Shown: positions 1 to 12,850 of the stretch, in pieces
How the letters are laid out: every line of letters starts with the position of its first letter
How positions within the stretch are numbered: position 1 is the first letter of the stretch
Assembly (NCBI GenBank): GCA_964187785.1
Contig: OZ076409.1
Coordinates: 87,918,001 to 87,982,000, forward strand
DNA length: 64,000 bases
Source of the DNA: Amphiscolops sp. MND2022
Lineage: Eukaryota
Direction of reading: 5' to 3'
Made by a program: the position numbers and the translations under genes
The notes under the pieces: model-generated
The model's database searches: none
The model's input: only the letters and a program-made list of their open reading frames with translations
What the model was told of the DNA's origin: nothing

Positions 1-3000
1 AAACCGAGAGAACTTATCTCCTATTGAAGTAGACTGAATTAAGCCATTTTGAGAGTTAAAGACATTTGAAAAGCTAAAATGCTGGAAATATTCAACAATT
101 TTTAGAAACGAAAGAACTTATCACCTTTGGAATTACACTAAAGTGAGTCATTTTGAGAGTTAAAGAAAAATAAAAAACCAAAATGCTGGACATAATCAAC
201 AATTTTTCAAACCGACATAACTTATCCCCTATGGAAGTACGCTAAAAAAGTAAGCCATTTTGAGAGTTAAAGACTTTTGAAAACTTAAAATGCTAGAAAT
301 AATCAACAATTTTTCAAACCGAGAGAATTTATCCCCTATAGAAGTACGCTAAAGTAAGCCATTTTGAGAGGTAAAGATAATTGAAAAGTTAAAATGCTGG
401 AAATATTCAACAATTTTTAGAAACGACAGAACTTATCTCCTATGGACGTACACTAAAGTGAGTCTTTTTGAGAGATAAAGAAAAACAAAAAACCAAAATG
501 CTGGACATAATCAACAATTTTTCAATCCGACAGAACTTATCCCCTATGGAAGTATACTGAAGTAAGCCATTTTGAGAGTTAAAGACATTTGAAAAGCTAA
601 AATGCAGGAAATAATCAACAATTTTTCAAACCGAGAGAACTTATCTCCTATAGAAGTACACTAAAGTAAGCCATTTTGAGAGTTGAAGACAATTGAAAAG
701 TTAAAATGCTGGAAATATTCAACAATTTTTAGAAACGACAGAACTTATCACCTTTGGAATTACACTAAAGTGAGTCATTTTGAGAGTTAAAGAAAAATAA
801 AAAACCAAAATGCTGGACATAATCAACAATTTTTCAAACCGACATAACTTATCCCCTATGGAAGTACGCTAAAAAAGTAAGCCATTTTGAGAGTTAAAGA
901 CTTTTGAAAACTTAAAATGCTAGAAATAATCAACAATTTTCAAACCGAGAGAATTTATCCCCTATGGAAGTACGCTAAAGTAAGCCATTTTGAGAGTTAA
1001 AGATAATTGAAAAGTTAAAATGCTGGAAATATTCAACAATTTTTAGAAACGACAGAACTTATCACCTATGGACGTACACTAAAGTGAGTCATTTTGAGAG
1101 TTAAAGAAAAACAAAAAACCAAAATGCTGGACATAATCAACAATTTTTCAAACCGACAGAACTTATCCCCTATGGAAGTATACTGAAGTAAGCCATTTTG
1201 AGAGTTAAAGACATTTGAAAAGCTAAAATGCAGGAAATAATCAACAATTTTTCAAACCGAGAGAACTTATCTCCTATAGAAGTACACTAAAGTAAGCCAT
1301 TTTGAGAGTTGAAGACAATTGAAAAGTTAAAATGCTGGAAATATTCAACAATTTTCAGAAACGACAGAACTTATCACCTATGGAAGTTCACTAAAGTGAG
1401 TCATTTTGAGACTTAAAGAAAAAAAACCAAAATGCTGGACATAATCAACAATTTTTCAATCCGACAGAACTTATCCCCTATGGAAGTATACTGAAGTAAG
1501 CCATTTTGAGAGTTAAAGACAATTGAAAAGCTAAAATGCAGGAAATAATCAACAATTTTTCAAACCGACAGAACTTATTCCATATAGAAGTACACTAAAG
1601 TAAGCCATTTTGAGAGTTAAAGACAAATAAAAAAAACTAAAATGCTGGACCTAATCAACAATTTTTCAAACCGACAGAACTTATCCTCTATGGAAGTACA
1701 CTGAAGTAAGCCATTTTGAGAGTTAAAGACATTTGAAAAGTTAAAATGCTACAAATAATCAACAATTTTTCAAACCGAGAGAACTGATCCCCGATGGAAG
1801 TACACTGAAGTAAGCCATTTTGAGTTAAAGACAAAAACCTAAAATGCTTGACATAATCAACAATTTTCCAAACCGGCAGAACCTCCCCTATGGAAGAATA
1901 CTGAAGTAAGCCATTCTGAGAGTTGAAGACATTTGAAAAGTTAAAATGCTGCAAATAGTCAACAATTTTTCAAACAGAGAGAACTTATCACCTATGGAAG
2001 TACACTAAAGTAAGCCATTTTGAGTTAAAGACAAATAAAAACCTACATAATCAACAGTTTTCCAAACCGGCAGAACTTATCCCCTATGGAAGTATACTGA
2101 AGTAAGCCATTTTGAGAGTTAAAGACTTAAATGCTGGACCTAATCAACAATTTTTCAAACCGACAGAACTTATCCCCCCATCGAAGTATACTGAAGTAAG
2201 CCATTTTGAGAATTAGACATTTGAATGCTGGGAATAATCAACAACTTTTCAAACCGAGAGAACTTATTCCATATAGAAGTACACTAAAGTAAACCATTTT
2301 GAGAGTTAAAGACAAATAAAAAACTATAATGATGGACATAATCAACACTTTTTCAAACCGAGAGAACTGATCCCCTATGGAAGTACACTGAAGAAAGCCA
2401 TTTTGAGAGTTAAAGACAAATAAAAAAAACTAAAATGCTGGACCTAATCAACAATTTTTCAAACCGACAGAACTTATCCTCTATGGAAGTACACTGAAGT
2501 AAGCCATTCTGAGAGTTGAAGACATTTGAAAAGTTAAAGTGCTGCAAATAGTCAACAATTTTTCAAACAGAGAGAACTTATCACCTATGGAAGTACACTA
2601 AAGTAAGCCATTTTGAGTTAAAGACAAATAAAAACCTAGAATGCTTGACATAATCAACAGTTTTCCAAACCGGCAGAACTTATCCCCTATGGAAGTATAC
2701 TGAAGTAAGCCATTTTGAGAGTTAAAGACTTAAATGCTGGACCTAATCAACAATTTTTCAAACCGACAGAACTTATCCCCCTATCGAAGTATACTGAAGT
2801 AAGCCATTTTGAGAATTAGACATTTGAATGCTGGGAATAATCAACAACTTTTCAAACCGAGAGAACTTATTCCATATAGAAGTACACTAAAGTAAACCAT
2901 TTTGAGAGATAAAGACAAATAAAAAACTATAATGTTGGACATAATCAACACTTTTTCAAACCGAGAGAACTGATCCCCTATGGAAGTACACTGAAGTAAG

Positions 3001-4275
3001 CCATTTTGAGTTAAAGACAAAAACCTAAAATGCTTGACATAATCAACAATTTTCCAAACCGGCAGAACCTCCCCTATGGAAGAATACTGAAGTAAGCCAT
3101 TCTGAGAGTTGAAGACATTTGAAAAGTTAAAATGCTGCAAATAGTCAACAATTTTTCAAACAGAGAGAACTTATCACCTATGGAAGTACACTAAAGTAAG
3201 CCATTTTGAGTTAAAGACAAATATAAACCTAAAATGCTTGACAATATCAACAATTTTCCAAACCGGCAGAACTTATCCCCTATGGAAGTAAACTGAAGTG
3301 CGCCATTTTGAGAGTTAAAGACTTAAATGCTGGACCTAATCAACAATTTTTCAAACCGACAGAATTTATCCCCCTATCGAAGTATACTGAAGTAAGCCAT
3401 TTTGAGAATTAGACATTTGAATGCTGGGAATAATCAACAATTTTTCAAACCGAGAGAACTTATTCCATATAGAAGTACACTAAAGTAAACCATTTTGAGT
3501 TAAAGACAAAAACCTAAAATGCTTGACATAATCAACAATTTTCCAAACCGGCAGAACCACCCCTATGGAAGAATACTGAAGTAAGCCATTCTGAGAGTTG
3601 AAGACATTTGAAAAGTTAAAATGCTGCAAATAGTCAACAATTTTTCAAACAGAGAACTTATCACCTATGGAAGTACACTAAAGTAAGCCATTTTGAGTTA
3701 AAGACAAATAAAAACCTAAAATGCTTGACAAAATCAACAATTTTCCAAATCGGCAGAACTTATCCCTATGGAAGTATACTGAAGTGCGCCATTTTGAGAG
3801 TTAAAGACTTAAATGCTGGACCTAATCAACAATTTTTCAAACCGACAGAACTTATCTCCCTATCGAAGTATACTGAAGTAAGCCATTTTGAGAATTAGAC
3901 ATTTGAATGCTGGGAATAATCAATAATTTTTCAAACCGAGAGAACTTATTCCATATAGAAGTACACTAAAGTACACCATTTTGAGAGTTAAAGACAAATA
4001 AAAAACTAAAATGTTGGACATAATCAACAATTTTTCAAACCGACAGAACTTATTCCCTTTGGAAGTACTCTTGAAGTAAGCCATTTTGAGACTTTAGGGC
4101 AAATAAAAAACTAAAATGCTGGACATAATCAACAATTTTTCAAACCGAAAGAACTTATCCCCTATGGAAGTATACTGGAGTAAGCCATTTTGAGAGTTAA
4201 AGACATTTGAAAAGCTAAAATGCAGGAAATAATCAACAATTTTTCAAACCGAGAGAACTTATCCCCTATGGAAGT
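1..4275. repeat. Tandem satellite, ~104-bp monomer, with higher-order repeats (~627-bp hexamer, then ~600-bp variant)
   Basis: The core AACTTATC..TATGGAAGTAcACTrAAGTAAGCCATTTTGAG recurs at ~11, 114, 219, 326, 430, 534 and onward. Diagnostic variants recur at 626-627-bp spacing (TTTGGAATTAC at 126/753; GGACGTAC at 444/1070). Confidence 0.95.
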
Positions 4276-7200
4276 TAACAATGGTAAAAAGCAGGTTTTT
4301 CAAAACATATTTCCAATCAGACGTAGAATGTTCGCTACACTCCTTTTTTATTTTCAATAATAAAGTCATATCTGGAATATCAACACACTCCCTTCTATCT
4401 TCCATTTTCAATAATAGAATCATATCTGGAATATCAATAAACTCCTGTTCAATCATTATTTAGCGCACAATTACATGTATTAACTGTACAAGTTTACACC
4501 GCCTTCAATTCTTCTCGGACTAAAGGAAATATAACTACTAAGCGTAGACGAAGTTTCGCATTCGCATTTGAATGCAGGCGAAGCTCTCAAGGAACGAAAA
4601 ATTAACACTCATTCGCTTCATCTCAATAACTCGGGGCAACGAAAGCACCTTTACGAACATTCGCTCGCTTCATCTCAATGACGTCAGCATACGAATGGAT
4701 AATTACCACTCGCTCGTTCCATCGCACTAGAATTGAATTGTTGTCGGCAGCTTTTCCACGCTTACAGTCACTGCCGAACAAAATATCTGAATTATTCAGT
4801 ATCACGACAAAAATTGTTCTGAAAAAAAGTAGAAAGTTTGAGGTTACAATAATATTCCTGCTAAAGCAGAAATATTAAAAATAGTGAAAATCGTAAAATT
4901 TTTGATTTTTTGCCTTTTCGATGTCAATTCCGGAAAGTTTTTGTTTGAAAAACTGCATTTATCTTTTTTCTAAGCACACTGGACAACACAATCCTTCTGT
5001 GTTGACCTTTTCCAACGTTCCAATCCACAAAATCTGTCAAAATTTTGAAAAAAAATAATGAAATCTTTGAAAAATTGGAAAATTTTGGGATTTTTGTCTT
5101 TTTCGGTGTCAATTTGAGATTTTTACACTTGGAAAACAGCAATTATCTCTTCGGACGGAACAGACTATTAGACAATGAATTAGTGCCATTTTGAGCATTT
5201 TCTACATTCTAATCCCATAGTCTATCGATAATTTGGCAGAAACTGCATAAAACTAATAAAAATCGGGTAATTTTTGGTTGATTGTCATTTTTGGGTCTTT
5301 TCTTTCCAAAAAACCGCCTTTATCTCTTCATAAACTACCACTGGACAACGAATTTTTGCCTTGTTGAACTTTTCCAACATTTTAATCCACGACATCTATC
5401 GAAAAATTGACAAAAAGTGCATTAAAACGTAAAAAATTATTACAAATTTTTTTGGGTCATTTTTGTTTATTCTGGGGAACTTGGGGTCAAGTAAAAAAAA
5501 GTCCAGAAATCTCCACAAATACAAGTCGCACGAAGTTAAAATTATGTGAGTTGAATTCTATAGGTAACACCCTCAAAGTTACATATGAATTTGGTGCTTG
5601 GAAAATTTTGTGAAAAAAACCCGTTTGATTAAAATATTTTCCTTTCCCATATGAAATATGGGCGGAAAATAAAAATTCAATGTTTTTAAATACGAATTGT
5701 TCGTAGCTAGAATGCATCTAGAAATTCTGTATTATTTGCACCAATATTCTTGGATGATTGGAGTTTGATTGCATAAATATGAATTGATAAAAAGTTTTTC
5801 AATGACGTTGTTGGTACATTGAAATTGAAATATCGCATATCTCGCAACATTTAAAGAGGCAGAATGGAATTGTTAATTGTTCTGTTTCTACGACCAAAGT
5901 TTCCAAAAAACTCTGCAATAAAAATTATTTTTCGAAGCCGAAAAATGTTTGTACCAATATGCGAGTTTGACACTTTTCTCGTAGTTCAATGACTGCGTTT
6001 GCGATTATTCATGTCACAAAATGATGACGTCAGATTCTGTTGTGACGTCAAAGGAATTTTTAAGTTAAACCAGTGGTTGTTGAAATTGGCCATGCTCCTG
6101 AGGAGTTTCCAAGGGGACATAGTTTTTCCATCGTTCATTCCTGTGTAAATATGCGTTCATTGACACAACAACCACGAGTCATTGACTTCTATATTACTTT
6201 TCACGTCTCAATGACACTGATTTTCCTTTTGCAGTGAAATTGTCATAAAAGGTCATGGTTTGACAGTTCTCAATAGAGTTCATGCAATAAAAATCCATCC
6301 GAACTTGAAAACTGAAACCTGAATTAATGATGGTTTTGGGAGTAGAGAAAATGAATGTTAATTTTGGGTCAAAAACTCACTTTTGCTAAACTTCTATCTG
6401 AATATAAGAAAAATCGTTAATGCAATTTTGAATTGACAAGCTTCATTTCGTTTTGAAAGTCACTCACTCGAAGGAAGAAAAACCTCCCCGGATCATTTCT
6501 GGAGCCCTGACACCGTTCTTTTGTTTTCTGAAAATACTGTCTTGAAAATTGAATGGCCAAAGACAGTTGTAACTCCGTCGAAACTATTTTCACAAAGTAC
6601 AAGTTGAAAAAAATGCATTTCGTGATAATTTTGTGGAGAATACTTGATGAGGGCGTTATCAAAAAAGTGGTCAAAAGTGAGATATCTGAGTCAAATGTAC
6701 AAAGTTTGTACCCGACATTTTTTATTACGACCAGCGGTTTTCGAGAAAAGTTAAATTTTAGGCTGAAAAAATCTATTGAGCTTCGAAATTTCTCAGCGAA
6801 ATAGAGTGTCTTGTTTTTTGGTACCCTAATGTATTTTTTTAAAATCATGCGATGAAAATTGTAGAAGGTACGATAGACCAAAAATATTTCAGAAATGGTT
6901 CTCATTTCTGGTCTATTTTTGCTCAAAGTTCATCAACGTAAAACGAGCTTTACGATATTTCCGAGAAAAAATTAGTCAGATTCGAAACGTTCGGCAAAAC
7001 TTTTGTCAAATTCATTTTGAAATCCAAAAGTTGAAACGGGTCAAATGAAAAACAAAAAAATTGTTTTAGAAAGAGCCCTCAGCCACCGCGTGAGACCTTG
7101 ATTAGTCAATGAGACTTGTTCATTTGCTTTCTCTCTGCCAGCTATGTTGCTTCTAAAATCACTACTGAAGAAACTGAACTCATTTCGTGTGTGTTCCGAC

Positions 7201-7600
7201 ATTTCAGTCCCAAACATTCATTGCCTCATGGAAGCTTGCTCCACCATTAATACGAATTTCATTCATAGGCGTAGCATTTGTTAGTTGCAGAAATCGCTTT
7301 CTGAAAATATATAAGGCAAGTAAAGTGCCGAATGATATTGCTAACAACGGGCACGGGTGGAACTGCGACATTTTGTATAATATTATAAGACGCCTTCAGA
7401 AAAATTCGAAAACTTTCAAACATCAGATTGAAAGGAAGCAATGGAATAATCTGAAACGAAAAATACCTATACAGAGAGCCTATACCTATACCTATACCCA
7501 AGCATAAAGAGTTCCTAAATGAAAATTTCATAATGAGTATTGCCACCGCCTTCTCCTAGGCAAAACCTAATAAAAAAACGTAGATAATGGCTTAATTGAA

Positions 7601-8092
7601 GCAAAGAACGGGAACGTCTCAAGTCTGCGCCCTGCTTAAGGCTGAAAAGAGCAAAGTCTATTAACATATGCACAAAAACAATTGTTTGAGAAATAAGATC
7701 AACGTTACAATATTCGAAAGAACTTTCTCATCAAAAAAAACTTCAGATTTTTCAGGATCAATTTTTTAATAGTCGAACAATGCCAAACATCCCAAACATG
7801 AGACCTTCTACGCCCGCAAAGCGCTTTTTTCTCGTTAAAACAAAAAACTCAAAAAGGAAACGTTGTGGTGAAATGGAAAATCTTTCGAAAAAAATTGTAC
7901 AGTGCCTAAAAACCCAGTTGACCGTTTGACATGTTCGAGTTTTGCAAAGGAAGTTTTTGTGACATTTAGGCCAAGCAATTAGTGGTGTCAAAAAATGGAG
8001 GAGAAATTTATAGATCCATTAAATCTGTCAGTTCTAGTCGTCTTCAAAAATTCACTACTATAATCTGCGTTTTCTGTGGAAAGCACCGACCA
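7601..8092 (-). mobile_element. Degenerate copy of the short Helentron/HINE-like family also seen at 41673, 42543 and 62055
   Basis: The ends resemble the family termini (aagaacgggaacgtctcaagtctgcgcc...taaggctgaaaagagcaaag; ...gaaagcaccgacc). Confidence 0.45.
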
Positions 8093-8345
8093 GAAACCGG
8101 ACATTACCAAACATTCGGTTTCTGATCTAAAATCTGTCAGAAAAGAGGTCAATTAAAAACTGAATTGATCAACGTTCTGTGAGAAAACCGCTGAAAGTAA
8201 ATTACAAATGATCATTTCTATCTACATCTACCATCAATTTTTTTATAACATTTATACAATATAATTTATTTTTATATTATACAAGAGATCAAAATATGTA
8301 CATTTTTGAATCCCTACTTTTGGAACTACCGTCATGATGAATCGA

Positions 8346-8659
8346 TGTTACCCGGTACGCTCAGATTATTGATTGCTTTCGACGATGATTGATTCGGTGA
8401 CAGAAAGTGAAGAAAAGATGCTAATTAAATAGATAGTTGATGAGAAGTTCCGCTGACTTTCGTGACCCTGGCTGCAACTCTTTTGTTTCTTTGAAAGCGA
8501 AGATTGTCTATCTAATCGAGTATCGATTGATTGGTGACGTCACGACCTCATGTTCTGCTGAGTCCTCAGAGTGATGCCCAGTCTGTCTTGATACCCGTGA
8601 ACAAATAGCGTCACTTCCTCTGCCTAAAGTTAGCAATAACTTGTTCGTTGGGAATAACA
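8346..8659. mobile_element. Probable solo LTR (314 bp)
   Basis: TGTTA...TAACA inverted termini, with higher GC than the flanks. The flanking 5-mers (ATCGA/GTAGA) do not match, so the TSD is unconfirmed. Confidence 0.45.
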
Positions 8660-8755
8660 GTAGATATAAATGTTTCAGGGCACACACCGTAAAGAAAAAG
8701 GAACCACGAAGTTTTTTCTTTTCTCCGGGTTCCAAAAGTATGAGAAAAACCGCGG

Positions 8756-10422
8756 TGTCGCAAGATGCCGCTTGTGACGGAATCTTCTATCAGATACCAG
8801 GAAATAGCCCTACTAACCCTCCAACGGGAGTACTTCCTATCTAAGCCATAGAGGACTGTGGGGACGAATGCCTACAAACAGTATATATATATCATTGTTG
8901 AATTATAATTACTTTTACTCATGAAAGACCTTAGGTCAAGTTGGCCACAATAAACTTTTGTGCTAGTTAAACGGACTGTTAATCATTTTCAACATACTTT
9001 TGATGTTTACTATCATCTGTGTTCGTAATACCAATTGGGAATTAGCAAGTTGCTGTAATGTTGCAAAATAAATGAGATATAATCATAATGAATTGATGTA
9101 ATTTAATACTTGAATGTTTAATTGAAACGCACAAGTGAGCAAAGTACAGGAAACGAGTTCAAATGATCGTTTCCTGTAGCTTGCTGTACGCGGCGTCGTC
9201 CAATACATTGACCAATCACAGCGCTGTATTTATGTGCATTTAGTGTAGACGCACGGACCGGTGGTCCGCTATAGTGCTTTTGATTTAAATTGGTACTTAT
9301 AAATAGAATAAAGTGTTTAGACGTGATTTAGTTTCAATTTAGTGTTGTTTGTCAATACATTACCAGTCTATTTGACTGGATGTCATGTAATATTTAAATG
9401 ATCATGTATTTTACATAAAATTCGAACATGCGATTACATACTTGTAATATCTTCATAAATAGACCCTGAGGCGAGGCCGCCTCACCTATTAGCCAGGCTT
9501 TGATGCTATTTTTAACCATAAAAGTAAAATGATGCAATATTGACGTCATCCCGTAGGTCTATTTCGGGATGAATCATCTATTATTAGTAATATGACAACC
9601 TAAATTGCTGGTGTCATGCAGTGCAAAGTATATATACCCGAGACCTTCAGTCCAAGGGACAATAACTGATCTCGATACAACTTACAATACACTCGCACCA
9701 CTGATTTGTTATAATATTTTGCTTACGTTCTGTTGTTTGAAATAGTTTTCAATTGACTATTTGAAAATATCAGATTTCTCCATGCCTTCAACTAGGAAGC
9801 AGAAAGCCAAAGAAAGGCGTTCTAGGCAACTGGACATCATGTCCGATGTAGAAAATGTTGATATAATGCTTGGAAGTTATGATAGGGATGATGAAAGAGC
9901 AGAGCAAAGCGAAAGTGAACTTAATTCGGACTCAGGGTCCAATAGACTACACCAAAAGCCAAACTTGGTAGGAGAAGACTTTAGGTCGTTACTCAATACT
10001 AATAGTAGAGAGAATAGCGAAGTCACTGTAGAGACCACCAGGTTGATCAATGAAGAAACTTCCAACCAAATGTCAAGGAGGTTGAATGAAATTAAGTCTA
10101 GTTTAAATTCCCAAATACAAAACGCAATATCAGCTGTAATAGCTGATACTGTACTCCCTTCCATTCAAAATACACTGGAAATGCAGGGGAGAACGAATTT
10201 TGCTATGGTGGACCGAAAGTCCAACGGGCTACATCATAGCCCGAAAGCAGGTAATTTCACCAAAGTGGACCGAAGGTCCAATGGGCTACAGTGGAACTCG
10301 GGAACAGAAAATCCGCTGAAAACGTGGGAAAATTGCCCCAAAATGTGCTCTACACATGAAAGTAATAGACTAAGATCCAGAAAGTTCAGTAGAATCTTGT
10401 GCGAACGAACAAAATCGCGACA
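8756..10422 (+). repeat. 5' LTR (1667 bp; lacks one 70-bp internal repeat unit)
   Basis: Direct repeat of 33300-34966 and 37284-39021; TG...CA ends; followed by a TGG-initiated PBS. Confidence 0.93.
9628..9636 (+). promoter_or_regulatory. Candidate TATA box in the LTR upstream of the gag ATG
   Basis: GTATATATA about 150 nt upstream of ATG 9782, conserved in all three LTRs. Confidence 0.45.
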
Positions 10423-10434
10423 TGGTGACAGGAG
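10423..10434 (+). promoter_or_regulatory. Primer-binding site (tRNA-Leu-like)
   Basis: TGGTGACAGGAG lies immediately 3' of the LTR's CA and resembles the complement of a tRNA-Leu 3' end (TGGTGTCAGGAG). The tRNA identity is inferred. Confidence 0.7.
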
Positions 10435-11104
10435 CCAACTCTAACCCCCGTATGGTTCCTGAGTTCCTCACTGGACGGCCCATGCAACCCCGTGAACCCC
10501 TGCAACATCAAAATTCCGCTAATGAAGAGTCACAGGACCCGGAACCATCGGTCAACGAGACTACAAACACAACTACTCCCACTGACCCCATCAACCGTCT
10601 AGAAGTATTGGTCGGCATTAATCACCGTCCATCAGCACAAACACTGATGGTACGCCCAGTCAGCACGACTACACTGACGTTTGACGGCAAATCAGAGAAA
10701 TTTGAACTTTTCGAAGATCTCTTTCACACGATGATAAAAATGCAGCCTGACATGACTGAAACAATGAAAATAAACCATTTTCATTCCTTGTTACGCAAGA
10801 ACGCGTTACAAACCTTCCGTAACATTAATACGGCAAACAGGCAAACTTTGGAAGACATCTTGGCAGTATTTCGCCGGAAATACGTCAAACCTGAGTCCCA
10901 GGCGACCGCCAAACACAAATGGCACAGATTGGTGTTCGACCCAAACACCATGAAACTGCCAGACTTCCTTGAGGAATTAAATCAAGGAGCTGAAAAAGCG
11001 TTTGGTTAGAACGCCCAGGCCATGATTGACAGTCTTCTTTATGCCAAATTGCCACCAAAATTGAAACGCTCCGTCAATATGGCTAGACTTGAAAACGCTA
11101 CCTA

Positions 11105-11955
11105 TGTTGGCGCCAGTCATCAGCAGGCAAAGAAACTTGATTTGGAACATGTTGGTTGAGAAACAAGAACTTAAACTCTAAAAAACTTAGATGAAAATTT
11201 GAAGAAAATCCAATCATCACAAATCTTTAAAACCCCCCAAATGGGTTTTCTCGAAGACTATTATTCATAGAGCCATGAAACTTGGCACACATATGCAAGG
11301 ACTAAACACGAACTCACCGGCCAAGTTTCAAGGTCATTGCCCCATTATAACCCCCTTTACCCCTCACATGTGTGATATTCAAGGTCATTATGCCAATACT
11401 GTAAACTTTGTTATTTACCTATATGACCACATTAGAATGTAACTCTGTTGAAATTACTGATATTTACATTGTGTAAACATGCTTTAAAGCCCACCTAACC
11501 AACATGCTATACCCACACTATGGTTTGTTTACATAGCCAATAACTTTAATAATTCACTTAAATGTCATTTATTTATACTTCATATTTCAACTCATATTTA
11601 TCGAATAATTGTAAACGATATGTATACCACTGTTAGATAGGCACAAATTGATTGGAACGCTGTATTCAAGTTGGGTCTTAGGACCATTTCAATTCTCAAT
11701 TCATTTCTTCACCTCTTTTCGACTTTGCGCCAAAGACTTAGGGCGACTAAGTTAGTTACTCTCAACTTGTGGAGAGTTGGACGTGTTAAGAGACAAGGAA
11801 GAAGTGCAATTCGGGATCATTGGATCCTACTAAGTCAAGATACAGTCCTTTTAATCTAAGAAGCAAGCAGTGTTCGGTAACGATCCGCAGTGCCGAGCAC
11901 CGAATTCAGGGCGGCGTAAAGTTTGGTCAATTGAAGGGATCAAGCAGCCGTTACA
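11105..11955 (+). repeat. BEL/Pao 5' LTR
   Basis: Near-identical to 16327-17179. Confidence 0.95.
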
Positions 11956-12850
11956 TTTGGTCCGCCGACCCGGACATCATCAGTTTTGGGGCGGACATCA
12001 TCTTTTGGGCGGACATCAACAGTTGGAGTGGACATCATTCTGGGTGGACACTACAAGAGGAACGTCGTCTTCATTGTGTGTGGATAGCATTCGCGGTGGA
12101 AGACACGTGAGCAGTTAGAGTCATCAAACGGGTGACACAGCATCTATCTGTTCAAGTAACACGAAGCTTGGAAAAAGCTTCCGTGCTGGTTTCATTGGCA
12201 AACCAGAGAGCTGGGAGGACAAGCCTATTCGTAGGGACCTTCCAAACCTAGAAGTGGCAGCAGGTGATCCTGTTCGCACAGCAATCGAAAAGTATTGCAA
12301 GAGTCGTCGCATTCGAACGGAATCGCGACAAGTAGCTGAGACGACTATTCACGACGAACGAGAACTGTGGAGACTGGGTCTACAGTTGGTGATTGGAACT
12401 CTGGGAAAGTGTACACTGGGGCTTTGGTATTGGACTATTGGGCGATTTGGAACTGGATTGGTTGTGTACTCTGGGAGTTGGGCTTTAGCAGCACTCTGGA
12501 AGCAAGTGTGCTTCAATTCCAGTTTGGGACGAGTTGTATCCTTGAGAAACGTATTCCTAATTGAAAGCAAAGGTTTGAACTAAGACGTCGCTGCAAGCAT
12601 ATCCACCAAGTAAAGCAAAAGGATCGAGTCATTGGGCGAGGTCCACCGAAACAATCAAATCCGTCAAAGAAGGCAAGCATAATTGACATTTTGGGTTGAT
12701 TCTTCAAGAATTGGCGATTGATTACTGGGTTGAGCAGTTGACACCTCAGATCTATCAAATTGCTGTTTTTGGGAAAAGTGACAAAGACGTCAAGAAACTA
12801 TTGTGTAGTCAAAAAACCCCCAGTTAAACGACAAACTGAAATCTGAACAA

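Noticed and set aside
1688..3140. ORFs in the 104-bp satellite
   Set aside because: Chance frames in tandem repeats.
5980..7550. Host exons near 6.0-6.2 kb and 7.07-7.3 kb
   Set aside because: The composition is exon-like, but there is no consistent frame or recognisable homology.
9145..9178. Inverted repeat centred on CA-aa-TG as a head-to-tail junction of an LTR-less element
   Set aside because: The true ends are fixed by TG...CA, the PBS, the PPT and the perfect CGCGG TSD at 8756 and 39021, so this hairpin is internal to the LTR.
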